Shown piece after piece: positions 49,287 through 58,801 of a stretch of DNA of 64,000 nt (position 1 is its first letter; the number at the start of each line of letters is the position of its first letter). This DNA comes from an uncultured bacterium (GTDB taxonomy: Bacteria > Babelota > Babeliae > Babelales > Vermiphilaceae). The stretch spans positions 288,001-352,000 of the forward strand of contig OY968764.1 of assembly GCA_963695335.1 (NCBI GenBank), given 5' to 3'. The translations under genes were made by a program, and so were the position numbers. The notes beneath the pieces were generated by a model. It was not told the origin of the DNA. It worked only from the letters and a program-made list of their open reading frames with translations, and ran no database searches.

Positions 49287-49431
49287 GTTCGTATGCTTCG
49301 ACAAGCTTCCTCCTTCGTTAAAACTTCGGAGGACACAGCACCACGAACGGGTTTATAATTTTTATATTTTATTCGCATTGCCTGTCCTACGAAGCCTTGG
49401 CGTAGTAGGAAGCATGTCGAAATGAGCGAAC
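49287..49431. repeat. Family A inverted dimer with a family B hairpin inserted in each arm
   Basis: CTTCGACAAGCT[TCCTCCTTCG...CGGAGGACA]CAG and CATTG[CCTGTCCTACGAAGCCTTGGCGTAGTAGGA]AGCATGTCGAAAT. Confidence 0.85.
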
Positions 49432-49531
49432 AGTTTTTGCTTTTGATGTTATCATGAATGTTTTTGTAAGATCTATATATTTATGGTATAAAAAACCAAC
49501 GGTTTAATTTTTGCTGAAGGAGCGTTATTGT

Positions 49532-50680
49532 ATGGAAGTCATAAAAAGTTTTTCTTTGTGTATTGTGTTATTGAGTTCATTTACTATTTTTCCCATGGAA
49601 CATGAATGTCTTGCTGAAGTAGGAAATATAGCTATTGAAAATCCAATGTTTGGTAGTGTTGTTCAAGATAATATTTTGCAGAAAATTTGGGATAAGATTG
49701 ATAGAGATTATGTAAAAGTTGGCGATAGTGTAATGAACCGTTATCCATACCTAAGACCATTGGTGGGTTCAGCATTAAGTTTGTGTAGAGCGTATTGTAT
49801 TACTCCAGAACAAGCAAAAAATGTGTTGTGGAAGATAGAAACAGATGTTGCATTAGAGATTAATGATAAAAAATATGGAAAAAGTATATTGAATGAACTT
49901 GCTGTTGGTCATTGGTATGTGCAATATCTTATGCAAGTTTTAGCAGATCGAGCTGTTTGTACATTGGAGGGTGTAACTGGTTTAAACATTGATGCATTGC
50001 ATCATAATACTCATGAAGAACTTGTACAAGAAATTGCTTTTTCTAAAGCTCGCACAACAGTTTTTGATAAAAATCTTGGTCAAAAACTGATAGATATTGT
50101 TCCACAGACTATATCAGATATACATTTTACTGTTTTATATCATCCGCATGGTAATGTGAATCCGGATTCTTTACAGATGTCTGATGATGATAAATATTTG
50201 CAAGCAAAAGCTGATAACGGTGTTTTTGCAGTGTGGGAAATGCACACAGGGGAGATTATTAAAGCAAGTCAGATTGATGTAAAGCAATGGAACCGTGTAA
50301 AAACAAGTTATATTGATGATAATCATCAAAAACGATCTTTGTTTGGAGTGTATGCTTGTGAATCTGTAGAAAGATATAGAGTTGTTGATACAAATGATAA
50401 CTATTGTGCCATGATGAGTGATGCTTATACGAGTATTGATTCAGAATTTTTACCTAAAGAAGCGCAAAATAATCCTCAAGCAATCATTGTATTTAAAAGG
50501 CCTCAAGAAGTGTCATATCTTTGCCAAAAAGCTTTTGATAACAGTTATACGAGTATTAAAGCATTACAAACTCTGCGTGATTCAGCAGCAATGGAAGCCA
50601 TTACAGGATTTCCGCGAAAAAACCTTAAAAGAGTTATTGATAATCGTATAAAGGCACTTGAAGTTCCTGTTATCAAGTAA
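49532..50680 (+). CDS. Exported hypothetical protein (paralog of 47480)
   Basis: ..IFP-ME; shared HWYV and C-terminal motifs. Confidence 0.75.
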   Translation: MEVIKSFSLCIVLLSSFTIFPMEHECLAEVGNIAIENPMFGSVVQDNILQKIWDKIDRDYVKVGDSVMNRYPYLRPLVGSALSLCRAYCITPEQAKNVLWKIETDVALEINDKKYGKSILNELAVGHWYVQYLMQVLADRAVCTLEGVTGLNIDALHHNTHEELVQEIAFSKARTTVFDKNLGQKLIDIVPQTISDIHFTVLYHPHGNVNPDSLQMSDDDKYLQAKADNGVFAVWEMHTGEIIKASQIDVKQWNRVKTSYIDDNHQKRSLFGVYACESVERYRVVDTNDNYCAMMSDAYTSIDSEFLPKEAQNNPQAIIVFKRPQEVSYLCQKAFDNSYTSIKALQTLRDSAAMEAITGFPRKNLKRVIDNRIKALEVPVIK

Positions 50681-50803
50681 GACATAAACAATATTGATTT
50701 TCATGCCATCAATCAAAAAATATTGATTGGTGGTTTTTTCTTGATTATTAATAATCATTTTTAATGATACTATTATGAAGTTTTATAAAAGTATGTTTGT
50801 TAC

Positions 50804-51472
50804 ATGAACAGGAATATCGGTATGATAAGTAAAAAAGTGATTTGTTGTGCGTTATTATTATATATTTTCCCTGTCGCAGGATGTTTAAAGTTGATAGATC
50901 TTACAAAAAAGCCAATTGACATATCAAAACTTTCTTTAACTGAAAGAAAATTAAAATATGAACAAGATGTGGAAACTGTAAAAAAGACATTACATGAACG
51001 TCATAATACACGTCATATAACTGGTTTTAGTTCGTCTGGAACTACTTTTCTTTATTCTGTTTACACTGCAAAAACAGGTGTTGATTTTGATAATGCACTT
51101 ACGGCAAAGGGAGAACTTTTTATACAATTGTATACTCAAGAGCAGATAGAAGATTGCTCCGCTTTGAGTATAGTCATGTTGGCAGAATATGTATCATTTG
51201 CAGCAAAGAAAAAGTTTATACAAAAATTGTTGAGTGGAATCTATTATGATGAGCGTGATTATGTTTCTCAATATACATTTACGTCAACGCCAAAAGACAA
51301 AGAAATTGCGTTTTTTACAAAATATAAAGAGTGTGCTCCGTCAGTTATGCGAGATATAGTGCCTTATATGTATGATGATAATTTTATGCCAGACATACCA
51401 CAGGAGATAAAGAACTGTATAACAAAATTATTGTTCTGGCTTCAGTTTGATGCACAGGAATCATTGCTATAA
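50804..51472 (+). CDS. Exported hypothetical protein with possible C-terminal F-box-like motif
   Basis: Signal peptide; PDIPQEIKNCITKLL near the C-terminus. Confidence 0.6.
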   Translation: MNRNIGMISKKVICCALLLYIFPVAGCLKLIDLTKKPIDISKLSLTERKLKYEQDVETVKKTLHERHNTRHITGFSSSGTTFLYSVYTAKTGVDFDNALTAKGELFIQLYTQEQIEDCSALSIVMLAEYVSFAAKKKFIQKLLSGIYYDERDYVSQYTFTSTPKDKEIAFFTKYKECAPSVMRDIVPYMYDDNFMPDIPQEIKNCITKLLFWLQFDAQESLL

Positions 51473-51500
51473 AATCAGCTTTTGCATGATATTTTTTTTT

Positions 51501-51565
51501 GCGCTCACCCTGAACCTGTTGAAGGGTTAAGCGCTTTAATCCTTCGACAAGCTCAGGATGAGCGC
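51501..51565. repeat. Palindromic repeat family A dimer
   Basis: GCGCTCACCCTGAACCTGTTGAAGGG..CCTTCGACAAGCTCAGGATGAGCGC. Confidence 0.9.
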
Positions 51566-51678
51566 GAGATCAAAAACAAGTAATTTTTATTTAATAAAAT
51601 TTACTTGTTTTTTTCATTTTAAATTATTTAGGATATGCCAACTATTTCTTTTACCTCTTATTAAAAAAAGGGTTTCTT

Positions 51679-52671
51679 ATGAAGAAAATATTATTACCTT
51701 TTTGTTTGTTTTTAAGCACTGTTACATTACATGGTATGGAATTGAGTAGCATGGCGTCCAATGGTGAAAACCATGAAGATAATAAAAAAATAATTTTACA
51801 GAATGATTTCAAAAACTTTTTAATTTGCCGATTACAAGAGTGTAAAAAGAAACCTTTTACAAATGATGATATACAGCATTTGCAAAATACATATAGTGAG
51901 ATGACTAATAAAAAAAGTTTATCTATTCTTGGTGACTGTTTACATAGAGATGCATGTGATGAAGAGGGAGATAATTTTGTACATTATGCAGCAAGAAATA
52001 GATATTTAAACATGATAGAATGGGCGATTAAATGTATGAAACGCCCATTAAGCAGTCCAAATAAAGCGGGTAAAGAGCCTATTGATTTTTGTATTGATCA
52101 ATTAATGCCAGATGCGTCTAAAGATAATAAAGAAGAGACAGAAAAGATATTTACTGCATTGGTTGTTGGTTATAGTAAAAATGATTTTGATTATGAACAT
52201 CGCAGAAGTTTTGCAAAAAAAATAGTGGCTTTAGAGTTTGAGCATGTCAAACATGGCATTCCTTATCTGCCTAAAACAGATATACTAAAATCTTTTTGTA
52301 GACAAGATATTCAGTTGTCAGATATTTATCAGGAAGTATGTGATGAAGGCGGTAATACATTTACCCATATGCTTGTATCTCATCACTTATCTGATCTGTT
52401 ATATACATTTCTCATAAAGCATTATATTACATTTGCAGTAAATAAAGAGAAAGAGGATCCTCTTACTCTTGCGCAAAAGAAACTTTTTGAAGTATCGCAT
52501 AAACATTTTGAGCAATGTATTGCAAACAAGAGTTTTGATATGGCAGGAGTTTCTCAAGAAGATAATCAAAAAAAATGTTGTTATTATATGCTTTTAAATG
52601 TGCAAAGAAAGAAAGATCATAATACGGATTTTAAACAGTGTTGCGAGAAACATATTATTGAAAAAAATTAG
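51679..52671 (+). CDS. Exported ankyrin-like protein (paralog of 52780)
   Basis: ..LHG-ME; DEEGDNFVHYAA, DEGGNTFTH, CCYYML. Confidence 0.7.
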   Translation: MKKILLPFCLFLSTVTLHGMELSSMASNGENHEDNKKIILQNDFKNFLICRLQECKKKPFTNDDIQHLQNTYSEMTNKKSLSILGDCLHRDACDEEGDNFVHYAARNRYLNMIEWAIKCMKRPLSSPNKAGKEPIDFCIDQLMPDASKDNKEETEKIFTALVVGYSKNDFDYEHRRSFAKKIVALEFEHVKHGIPYLPKTDILKSFCRQDIQLSDIYQEVCDEGGNTFTHMLVSHHLSDLLYTFLIKHYITFAVNKEKEDPLTLAQKKLFEVSHKHFEQCIANKSFDMAGVSQEDNQKKCCYYMLLNVQRKKDHNTDFKQCCEKHIIEKN

Positions 52672-52779
52672 TATGCAACGATGTGATACTTGAGGTAATT
52701 TGAGCGTTTGTTTTTTCATTTTAAATTGTTAAAATAAGCCCAATTATCTTTCATCTTTTATATTAAAAGAAGGTATCAC

Positions 52780-53922
52780 ATGAAGCATATAATATTACTT
52801 GTTTGTTGTTTGATGACGCATATAACAGTGCATTGCATGGAATTAGAAAGAAAAGATGAGTTATGTGAAAGTAGTGTAGATTATAAAGACAAAGAACAAA
52901 CCCTTATTAATGATTGCAAAGATCAGCTTAAAGTTTGCTTAGAAAAATATAAAGAAAGTAATGAATTTAAACCCCAAGATATGGATAACATACTTGGGGT
53001 ACTTGCTTATATAATTGATGAATCTGAGAATAATATTGATTATATACATGACACAAAGGATAAAGATGGTAATGGATTTTTTCAGTATGCGCTTAAAAAA
53101 ATAGATTTGCCAATTATGCAATGGCTTATGGCAAAGGGAAATACAAAACATCATTCAGAAAAAGAATATGCTGATGTTATTGCATTTTGCACGGAACAGT
53201 TATCGCCAACTGAAGTGGAAAAAAGAGAGACTGTTTACGCTATACTTAAATCTATTATAGAGCATTATAAAACAGATGCTGGTTTTCTGAAACAAAGCAG
53301 AGAATATTATCTTCCTATAATGATCATGTTACAGTTGAAGCATAGAGTGCTCGAAACTAAGTTTGTTATTGAAGAGGAATTATTAACTCCCTTTGTGCAA
53401 CAAAATGGATTATCTGACTTATATCAAACAACAGTAGATGTAGAAAATCAAGACAATAACACATTAGCACATATTATCGTGGAGCAACATGATGCTGATG
53501 AATTGCATAAACTTATGAATAAGAATTATATATCAAAAGAAGTAAGAAACAGTGCCAAAAGAACTGTTTATGATCTTGCATTTGATAAATTGAGAGTATT
53601 TACACAAAATACAACACAAACTGCGCTATACCCAGAAAAATCCAAAGGAGCTCGTTGTTGTTATTATATGCTTGATAAATATTTTGCAGGAGATAATTTT
53701 GATAAAAAGAAAAACTGTTGTGATAACCATCCTGTTCTTAAAAAATATAGCATTGATCCATTAAAAACTAGTCCATCTGTTTCTGTCTCATCTTCTATAT
53801 CATCCTCTGAATCATCAAGTTCTGCAGAAAAGATTGCACGAGCGCCAGTTCTTGCCGATGAGCCTGAGCAAGGAAATTGTTGCACTAAATTATGTTATAG
53901 AATTCTAGGAACATCTCTGTAA
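52780..53922 (+). CDS. Exported ankyrin-like protein with Ser-rich tail
   Basis: ..VHC-ME; DKDGNGFFQYAL, NNTLAH, CCYYML. Confidence 0.7.
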   Translation: MKHIILLVCCLMTHITVHCMELERKDELCESSVDYKDKEQTLINDCKDQLKVCLEKYKESNEFKPQDMDNILGVLAYIIDESENNIDYIHDTKDKDGNGFFQYALKKIDLPIMQWLMAKGNTKHHSEKEYADVIAFCTEQLSPTEVEKRETVYAILKSIIEHYKTDAGFLKQSREYYLPIMIMLQLKHRVLETKFVIEEELLTPFVQQNGLSDLYQTTVDVENQDNNTLAHIIVEQHDADELHKLMNKNYISKEVRNSAKRTVYDLAFDKLRVFTQNTTQTALYPEKSKGARCCYYMLDKYFAGDNFDKKKNCCDNHPVLKKYSIDPLKTSPSVSVSSSISSSESSSSAEKIARAPVLADEPEQGNCCTKLCYRILGTSL

Positions 53923-54545
53923 TGAAATACACAACAACAGTTTTTTTATTTTTTTTGTCATGTGCATCTCTCCATTCTATGGAGTTAGAGTTAGATCTAG
54001 TTCCTTTGTTGGAGAAAAAACCTGCGTTAGAAGAGAAAAAAAGAGACAAAGTTTTGCATTATTATGAGAAGGTCAATAAAGATGATTTGGTGGAGAAATT
54101 ATATTTAGCACGACGTATGCCAGGTTTGATGTCATCGAAGATTGTTCGAAAAAAAATCATTGAATATATGATGCAAACAGAGAGTAATATAGATTACAAA
54201 ATAGCATTGCATTATCAACATAAAATTGCTCTATTGCACAATAAAATAGATGAATTAACATCGCAAAAAAAAAGATGTCCGGATGTAAAAATTGGGGTTA
54301 ATGATTGTATTAACGGAGTATATGGAGCAGCAGTTGGTGGATGTTGTGGTACCATGGGCGGAATGGGGATTGCATGCCTTGCATTGGCAATTAAAGCATA
54401 TGTATGGCTTTGGTGTGATCCTCATAATAATCCAATTGTGTGTGATGCTTTGCTATGGGGTTGTCCTATTTGTACAGGTACTGGATGTGTGATTGGAACA
54501 TGTATTGGAGCAAGTGGATTGTATGACAAAATAGAATGGGTGTAA
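53922..54545 (+). CDS. Exported protein with Cys/Gly-rich hydrophobic C-terminus
   Basis: ..LHS-MELELDLVPLLEKK. Confidence 0.7.
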   Translation: MKYTTTVFLFFLSCASLHSMELELDLVPLLEKKPALEEKKRDKVLHYYEKVNKDDLVEKLYLARRMPGLMSSKIVRKKIIEYMMQTESNIDYKIALHYQHKIALLHNKIDELTSQKKRCPDVKIGVNDCINGVYGAAVGGCCGTMGGMGIACLALAIKAYVWLWCDPHNNPIVCDALLWGCPICTGTGCVIGTCIGASGLYDKIEWV

Positions 54546-54546
54546 C

Positions 54547-55296
54547 GTGAGGTACGTAATTATTGCTTATTTATTATCATTTTCGGTTTTACATTCCATG
54601 GAAATTGTTCCTCTTTTAGAAAAAAAATCAGCGCAAGATGAATTAAGATATGAAACAAAGAAGGCATTGGTGCGTCATATGTCTTCTAAGCTTATTTTAT
54701 TGGGCTATGTTACACGAATGCCGCATGATATATGGCGAGAAATGTATACAAAAATGGTTGATGTTATGTTTGAAGGTGATAAAGATTTTGAGGAAAAATT
54801 TTATAGTAAACCAGTTGAAGAAGCATTTCAGTTATATCACATGTTGAAAAAAACCGTTGGTTTTGATAAACCAATTGCTCCTCTTTATAAAATGAATCAA
54901 GAAAAACGTGATATTGTTTTAAGTGCACTTAATCCTTGGTATGGTGATTATGTAAATCCTATTTTGAGTATTAAAGAGCAAGAACAAATGCATGAGTTTG
55001 ACGTAGATGTGAAGCAATATTTTCATGGAAAAAATGCGCACGTGATGTCTGAACATAGTAAATCGTCCTGCATGTGTTCATCGATGGTAGCTGTGATATC
55101 TGCTACTGTAAGTAGTGTTGTAGTTCCTATAGTTTTTCCATTGGTGTGTTGTATTGCTGGATCCAAGTTAGCTTGTTCTCCTGCGGTATTAGGAGGGGTT
55201 TTTGGAAGTGCTGGATGTATTTGTTTGACTGGGTGTTGTTGTTATGGAGTAGATGCTACAGTACTGTATTGTAATTCTAAAAATGTTACTTTGTAG
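54547..55296 (+). CDS. Exported F-box-like protein with Cys-rich TM C-terminus
   Basis: ..LHS-MEIVPLLEKK; MPHDIWREM. Confidence 0.7.
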   Translation: MRYVIIAYLLSFSVLHSMEIVPLLEKKSAQDELRYETKKALVRHMSSKLILLGYVTRMPHDIWREMYTKMVDVMFEGDKDFEEKFYSKPVEEAFQLYHMLKKTVGFDKPIAPLYKMNQEKRDIVLSALNPWYGDYVNPILSIKEQEQMHEFDVDVKQYFHGKNAHVMSEHSKSSCMCSSMVAVISATVSSVVVPIVFPLVCCIAGSKLACSPAVLGGVFGSAGCICLTGCCCYGVDATVLYCNSKNVTL

Positions 55297-55324
55297 TAAT
55301 GAATTTTTTATTAATGAGAGCAAT

Positions 55325-56125
55325 ATGAAATATATAATTATTGCTTATTTATTTTCATTGTCTTTGTTACACTCCATGGATCTTGTCCCTTTATTAGAAA
55401 AAAACCTGAATCAAGAATCAGAAACATATTTTGAAGAAATATTTCCGTCTATAAAATTGTCAAAAATTGGCAAATATTATGAAAATTTATCACCTGATTG
55501 CAGAGGTAAAGTTATATTACGTATGTCTGAAAATGCATTAGCGCTTCACCGATTGGCTATGTGGCTACCACAAGAGGTTCAGAGGCATATTTTGGTATAC
55601 ATGTTTGGAGGGTATCAAAATGATAAAGTTGATTTGGCAGTAGAAAGGTTTTGTAGCACGCCGATTGGTGAAGCTGTTCAGGTGTTATATGATATTAAGC
55701 AGGCGATACGAGAAGAAGAACCAATAGCTCCGCTCTATGTGCTGGATACAGATGAACAATATATTTTTTTGAACAGACTTACTCCTTGGTATAGTGCTAT
55801 TACAAATCAATTTATGGATGTGGAAGAACGGCAATGGGTGGATGAGTTGAATGAAGATGAACGAGTATATTTTAAAGACAAAGTAATACATAAATGTCCC
55901 AAGAAGTACAATCATATTTGTATACTTTGTATGGCTTGTATGGCAGGACTTTGTTTGGCAAGTACAGTAACATTTTTTTGTGGGTTGGGAAGCCTTTGTT
56001 GTGGTATGAATAGTAAATCAGTTCCATGGTGTATGGGTGGGATATATGCAGGAGGGTGTCTTGGGGGTTGTGGAATAGGGGCTTGTTGTTTATATCGTAA
56101 TGAAACTAAGAAAGAAGTTCTGTAA
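55325..56125 (+). CDS. Exported F-box-like protein with Cys-rich TM C-terminus
   Basis: ..LHS-MDLVPLLEK; WLPQEVQRHILVYM. Confidence 0.7.
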   Translation: MKYIIIAYLFSLSLLHSMDLVPLLEKNLNQESETYFEEIFPSIKLSKIGKYYENLSPDCRGKVILRMSENALALHRLAMWLPQEVQRHILVYMFGGYQNDKVDLAVERFCSTPIGEAVQVLYDIKQAIREEEPIAPLYVLDTDEQYIFLNRLTPWYSAITNQFMDVEERQWVDELNEDERVYFKDKVIHKCPKKYNHICILCMACMAGLCLASTVTFFCGLGSLCCGMNSKSVPWCMGGIYAGGCLGGCGIGACCLYRNETKKEVL

Positions 56126-57389
56126 GACCTTTTTTTCTTCGTAGTCGATGATAACTGACTGCAAAATGATGAGCATAATCACGCAATGCAATTAAAAGTT
56201 TGCCAACATTGCTGTGGATATCAAGACGAACACCTTCAGGAAATTGTGGCCCGAATATAGTCTCTTCCCGTTTTGCCAAACTCACAATTGGCGCATCAGG
56301 TAATATAGCGTACCCTGCGCTCAGTTGTCCTTTACCACCATCAATAACAATGAGGTCAGGAAGATCAGTTTTGTTTTTGTAGCGGCGCTGTATGATCTCT
56401 TGCAACGCTGCGTAATCATTTTGTTCGGTTAATGTTTTAATTTTAAAGTGTCTAAAACAGCTTTTTTCTGGTTTGCCATCGGTAAAACGTACGCAAGAGC
56501 CTACCAAAAAACTACTCTGAAAGTGTGAAATATCAAAACAGTCTATGGTGCGTATTGGTGTAGCAAATCCAAAGAACTTTTGTAAATCAGTGTTAATTGT
56601 GCTATCTGTTTGTGGTGCATATGGACGTGGTGTGCTCGCAACAAAAATATCGGTTGCAAACTTATCGGTACTAAAATGTGTGTTAAGTGTATTAAAAATA
56701 ATATCAACGTTTTGTAAATATTCGTTGATCCGTTGTGCTTTCTCAAAAGCAAAGGTTGCAATATAGCTTTTCATCTGTTCTTTAATGTTTTGTATAAAAC
56801 CTTCTTGGTTATTTTTTAATGCCTCTTTTGCAAGAGAAATCCTAAAGCAGTAATCCGCCATATCAAAGTCTGGCTTGCAGTTACCAGCACAGTTGCCGAT
56901 ATGGTAATCAAGACAACCCAGCTCTATTCTTTTATTACAGAGTTTAAGTCTGAAGGTATGCATTAAGAAGTTATATGCCTTGCGAGCAGGCGTTTTTTGT
57001 AAAAAGGGGCCGAAATAAGTCCCTTTTTGTTTTTTATTGCGTACGAGTTCCATTGTGGGGATTTCGCCTGGGATGAATAATATATATAAGAACGGTTGGC
57101 CTTCTTTCAGAAGAACGTTGAATTTTGGCTTGTATTTTTGTACCAATTCTGCCTCTAAGAGCAAACTTTCTGTTTCTGTGGGGGTCAAAATATAGTCTAT
57201 ATCGGCATATTCGTTAATAAGCTGATTGATTTTCCAGTCAGTGGTGTATTTTTGGAAGTAGGAATTGACTCGGTCATGGAGGTTTTTTGCCTTGCCGATA
57301 TAAATAATAGCCTCTTGGGCGTCTTTAAAAAGATAGACGCCAGTAAGCTTTGGGATTGATTTTTCAAGTTTTTTGAAGTGGTTTTTCAT
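56106..57389 (-). CDS. uvrC: UvrC-like excinuclease (GIY-YIG + RNase H-like, no C-terminal HhH)
   Basis: GVYLF..IIYIGKAKNL..RV.SYF, CFDISH, PDLIVIDGGKGQL, LRDYAHHFA. Confidence 0.85.
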   Translation of the reverse strand: MKNHFKKLEKSIPKLTGVYLFKDAQEAIIYIGKAKNLHDRVNSYFQKYTTDWKINQLINEYADIDYILTPTETESLLLEAELVQKYKPKFNVLLKEGQPFLYILFIPGEIPTMELVRNKKQKGTYFGPFLQKTPARKAYNFLMHTFRLKLCNKRIELGCLDYHIGNCAGNCKPDFDMADYCFRISLAKEALKNNQEGFIQNIKEQMKSYIATFAFEKAQRINEYLQNVDIIFNTLNTHFSTDKFATDIFVASTPRPYAPQTDSTINTDLQKFFGFATPIRTIDCFDISHFQSSFLVGSCVRFTDGKPEKSCFRHFKIKTLTEQNDYAALQEIIQRRYKNKTDLPDLIVIDGGKGQLSAGYAILPDAPIVSLAKREETIFGPQFPEGVRLDIHSNVGKLLIALRDYAHHFAVSYHRLRRKKGLTELLS

Positions 57390-57595
57390 ATCTTTAGTAT
57401 AACATATAACTTTGATTATTACTAATGAGCAATTAAATAGGTGTTTTTGGGCCAAACCATCAAAAATGTTAGAAATATGATGGTAGCGATTTCAATCTGT
57501 AATTGAGCTGATTGTTTTTTGTTTTTACCTTCGCGGCAAAAGTATTTATACTACTTTATAATTATAAAAAGTTTTTAATTTTGAAAGTTATTATT

Positions 57596-58789
57596 ATGTC
57601 TTTTATGAAACATGTTCCTAAAGTTATTGTATTAATTGTTGTGTCGTGGATTGGTTGGCAGGCTTATGCATATGTTTTTGATAAAACAGTAGCGTGCGTC
57701 ACTATTAATGGTATTAATGAAAATGGTTATTATGCAGGCGATGTGCGGTGTGCAGTGCGAGCAGATAAAAAGGGTGATGTTTCATTGTGGCTTGATGCAC
57801 AAAATTTAGTGAATAATGTACGCATTAAAGCGCATCAAGATGGTCAATCTTTTACTATTCCTACCAAAACGTTAAGTAATGGCAAACATCAGCTGAAGTT
57901 GGAATTTAGTGATAACAGTTTTAATAAGAATAAGAATGTGATGCAGTATGATTTTTATGTTGATAATCAACCGTTGCAAGCAGTGTTTGTAAAAACAGGT
58001 TCTCCATATAAAGTGTTTCAAGGGAGAACGCTGCATGTTCAATTCCAGGTAAATAAAGAGATAAAACAGGCATATATTAATACGCTCTCGCGTAAGTTTG
58101 AATGTTTCCCAGAAGCAAAAAATTCAAAAATATATGAATGTTTTATTCCTATTGAGTGTGAAGAGCAACCGAGTGAATATTTACTTTCCGCTGATATAGA
58201 AGATAAAGTGGGCAATAGTCTGCATCTTGATAATAAGTTCCAGATTGTAGTGTATCCATTTAAAAAAGAAGTTATTACCGTGACGGCTGATAAGGTGCAA
58301 GAAGAAAAAGCATTGGGACGTGATGGTAAAAACTTAGAAGATGATCTTGTACAATTAGCACTGCAATCCCCGCGTGAAAAATTATGGCGCGGCATGTTTT
58401 GTGCACCCATAGAAATTCAACGTGTTACCTGTGATTATGGAACCGTGCGTACAACGCAGCACAAAGGCCGCTATGCGCATAAAGCTGTTGATGTGATCAA
58501 TTTGCCACGTAGTGTTGTGTGGGCTCCGCAGGACGGTGTTGTGGTGATGAAAGATAGATTTGCACCAAGTGGTAATACTATTGTTGTGGATCATGGTCTT
58601 GGTATTTTGTCACTCTTTTACCATTTAGATGGTTTTGCGGATATTGAAGTTGGACAAAAAGTTGTGCAAGGTAACCCGATTGGAACCATTGGTAAAACTG
58701 GTTTTGCAACAGGATATCATTTGCACTGGGAAATGCGTATAAATAACACACCGGTTGATCCTTTACAGTGGATTAAGGCAACGTTGTAG
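57596..58789 (+). CDS. M23 family metallopeptidase
   Basis: HKAVD, GNTIVVDHG, YHL, TGYHLHWE. Confidence 0.9.
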   Translation: MSFMKHVPKVIVLIVVSWIGWQAYAYVFDKTVACVTINGINENGYYAGDVRCAVRADKKGDVSLWLDAQNLVNNVRIKAHQDGQSFTIPTKTLSNGKHQLKLEFSDNSFNKNKNVMQYDFYVDNQPLQAVFVKTGSPYKVFQGRTLHVQFQVNKEIKQAYINTLSRKFECFPEAKNSKIYECFIPIECEEQPSEYLLSADIEDKVGNSLHLDNKFQIVVYPFKKEVITVTADKVQEEKALGRDGKNLEDDLVQLALQSPREKLWRGMFCAPIEIQRVTCDYGTVRTTQHKGRYAHKAVDVINLPRSVVWAPQDGVVVMKDRFAPSGNTIVVDHGLGILSLFYHLDGFADIEVGQKVVQGNPIGTIGKTGFATGYHLHWEMRINNTPVDPLQWIKATL

Positions 58790-58801
58790 GAAAGGGGTAA
58801 A

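Noticed and set aside
49272..49304. N-terminal extension of TpiA into the repeat
   Set aside because: The TIM motif ANWKMN begins right after ATG 49271; the upstream start lies in the repeat and is probably fortuitous
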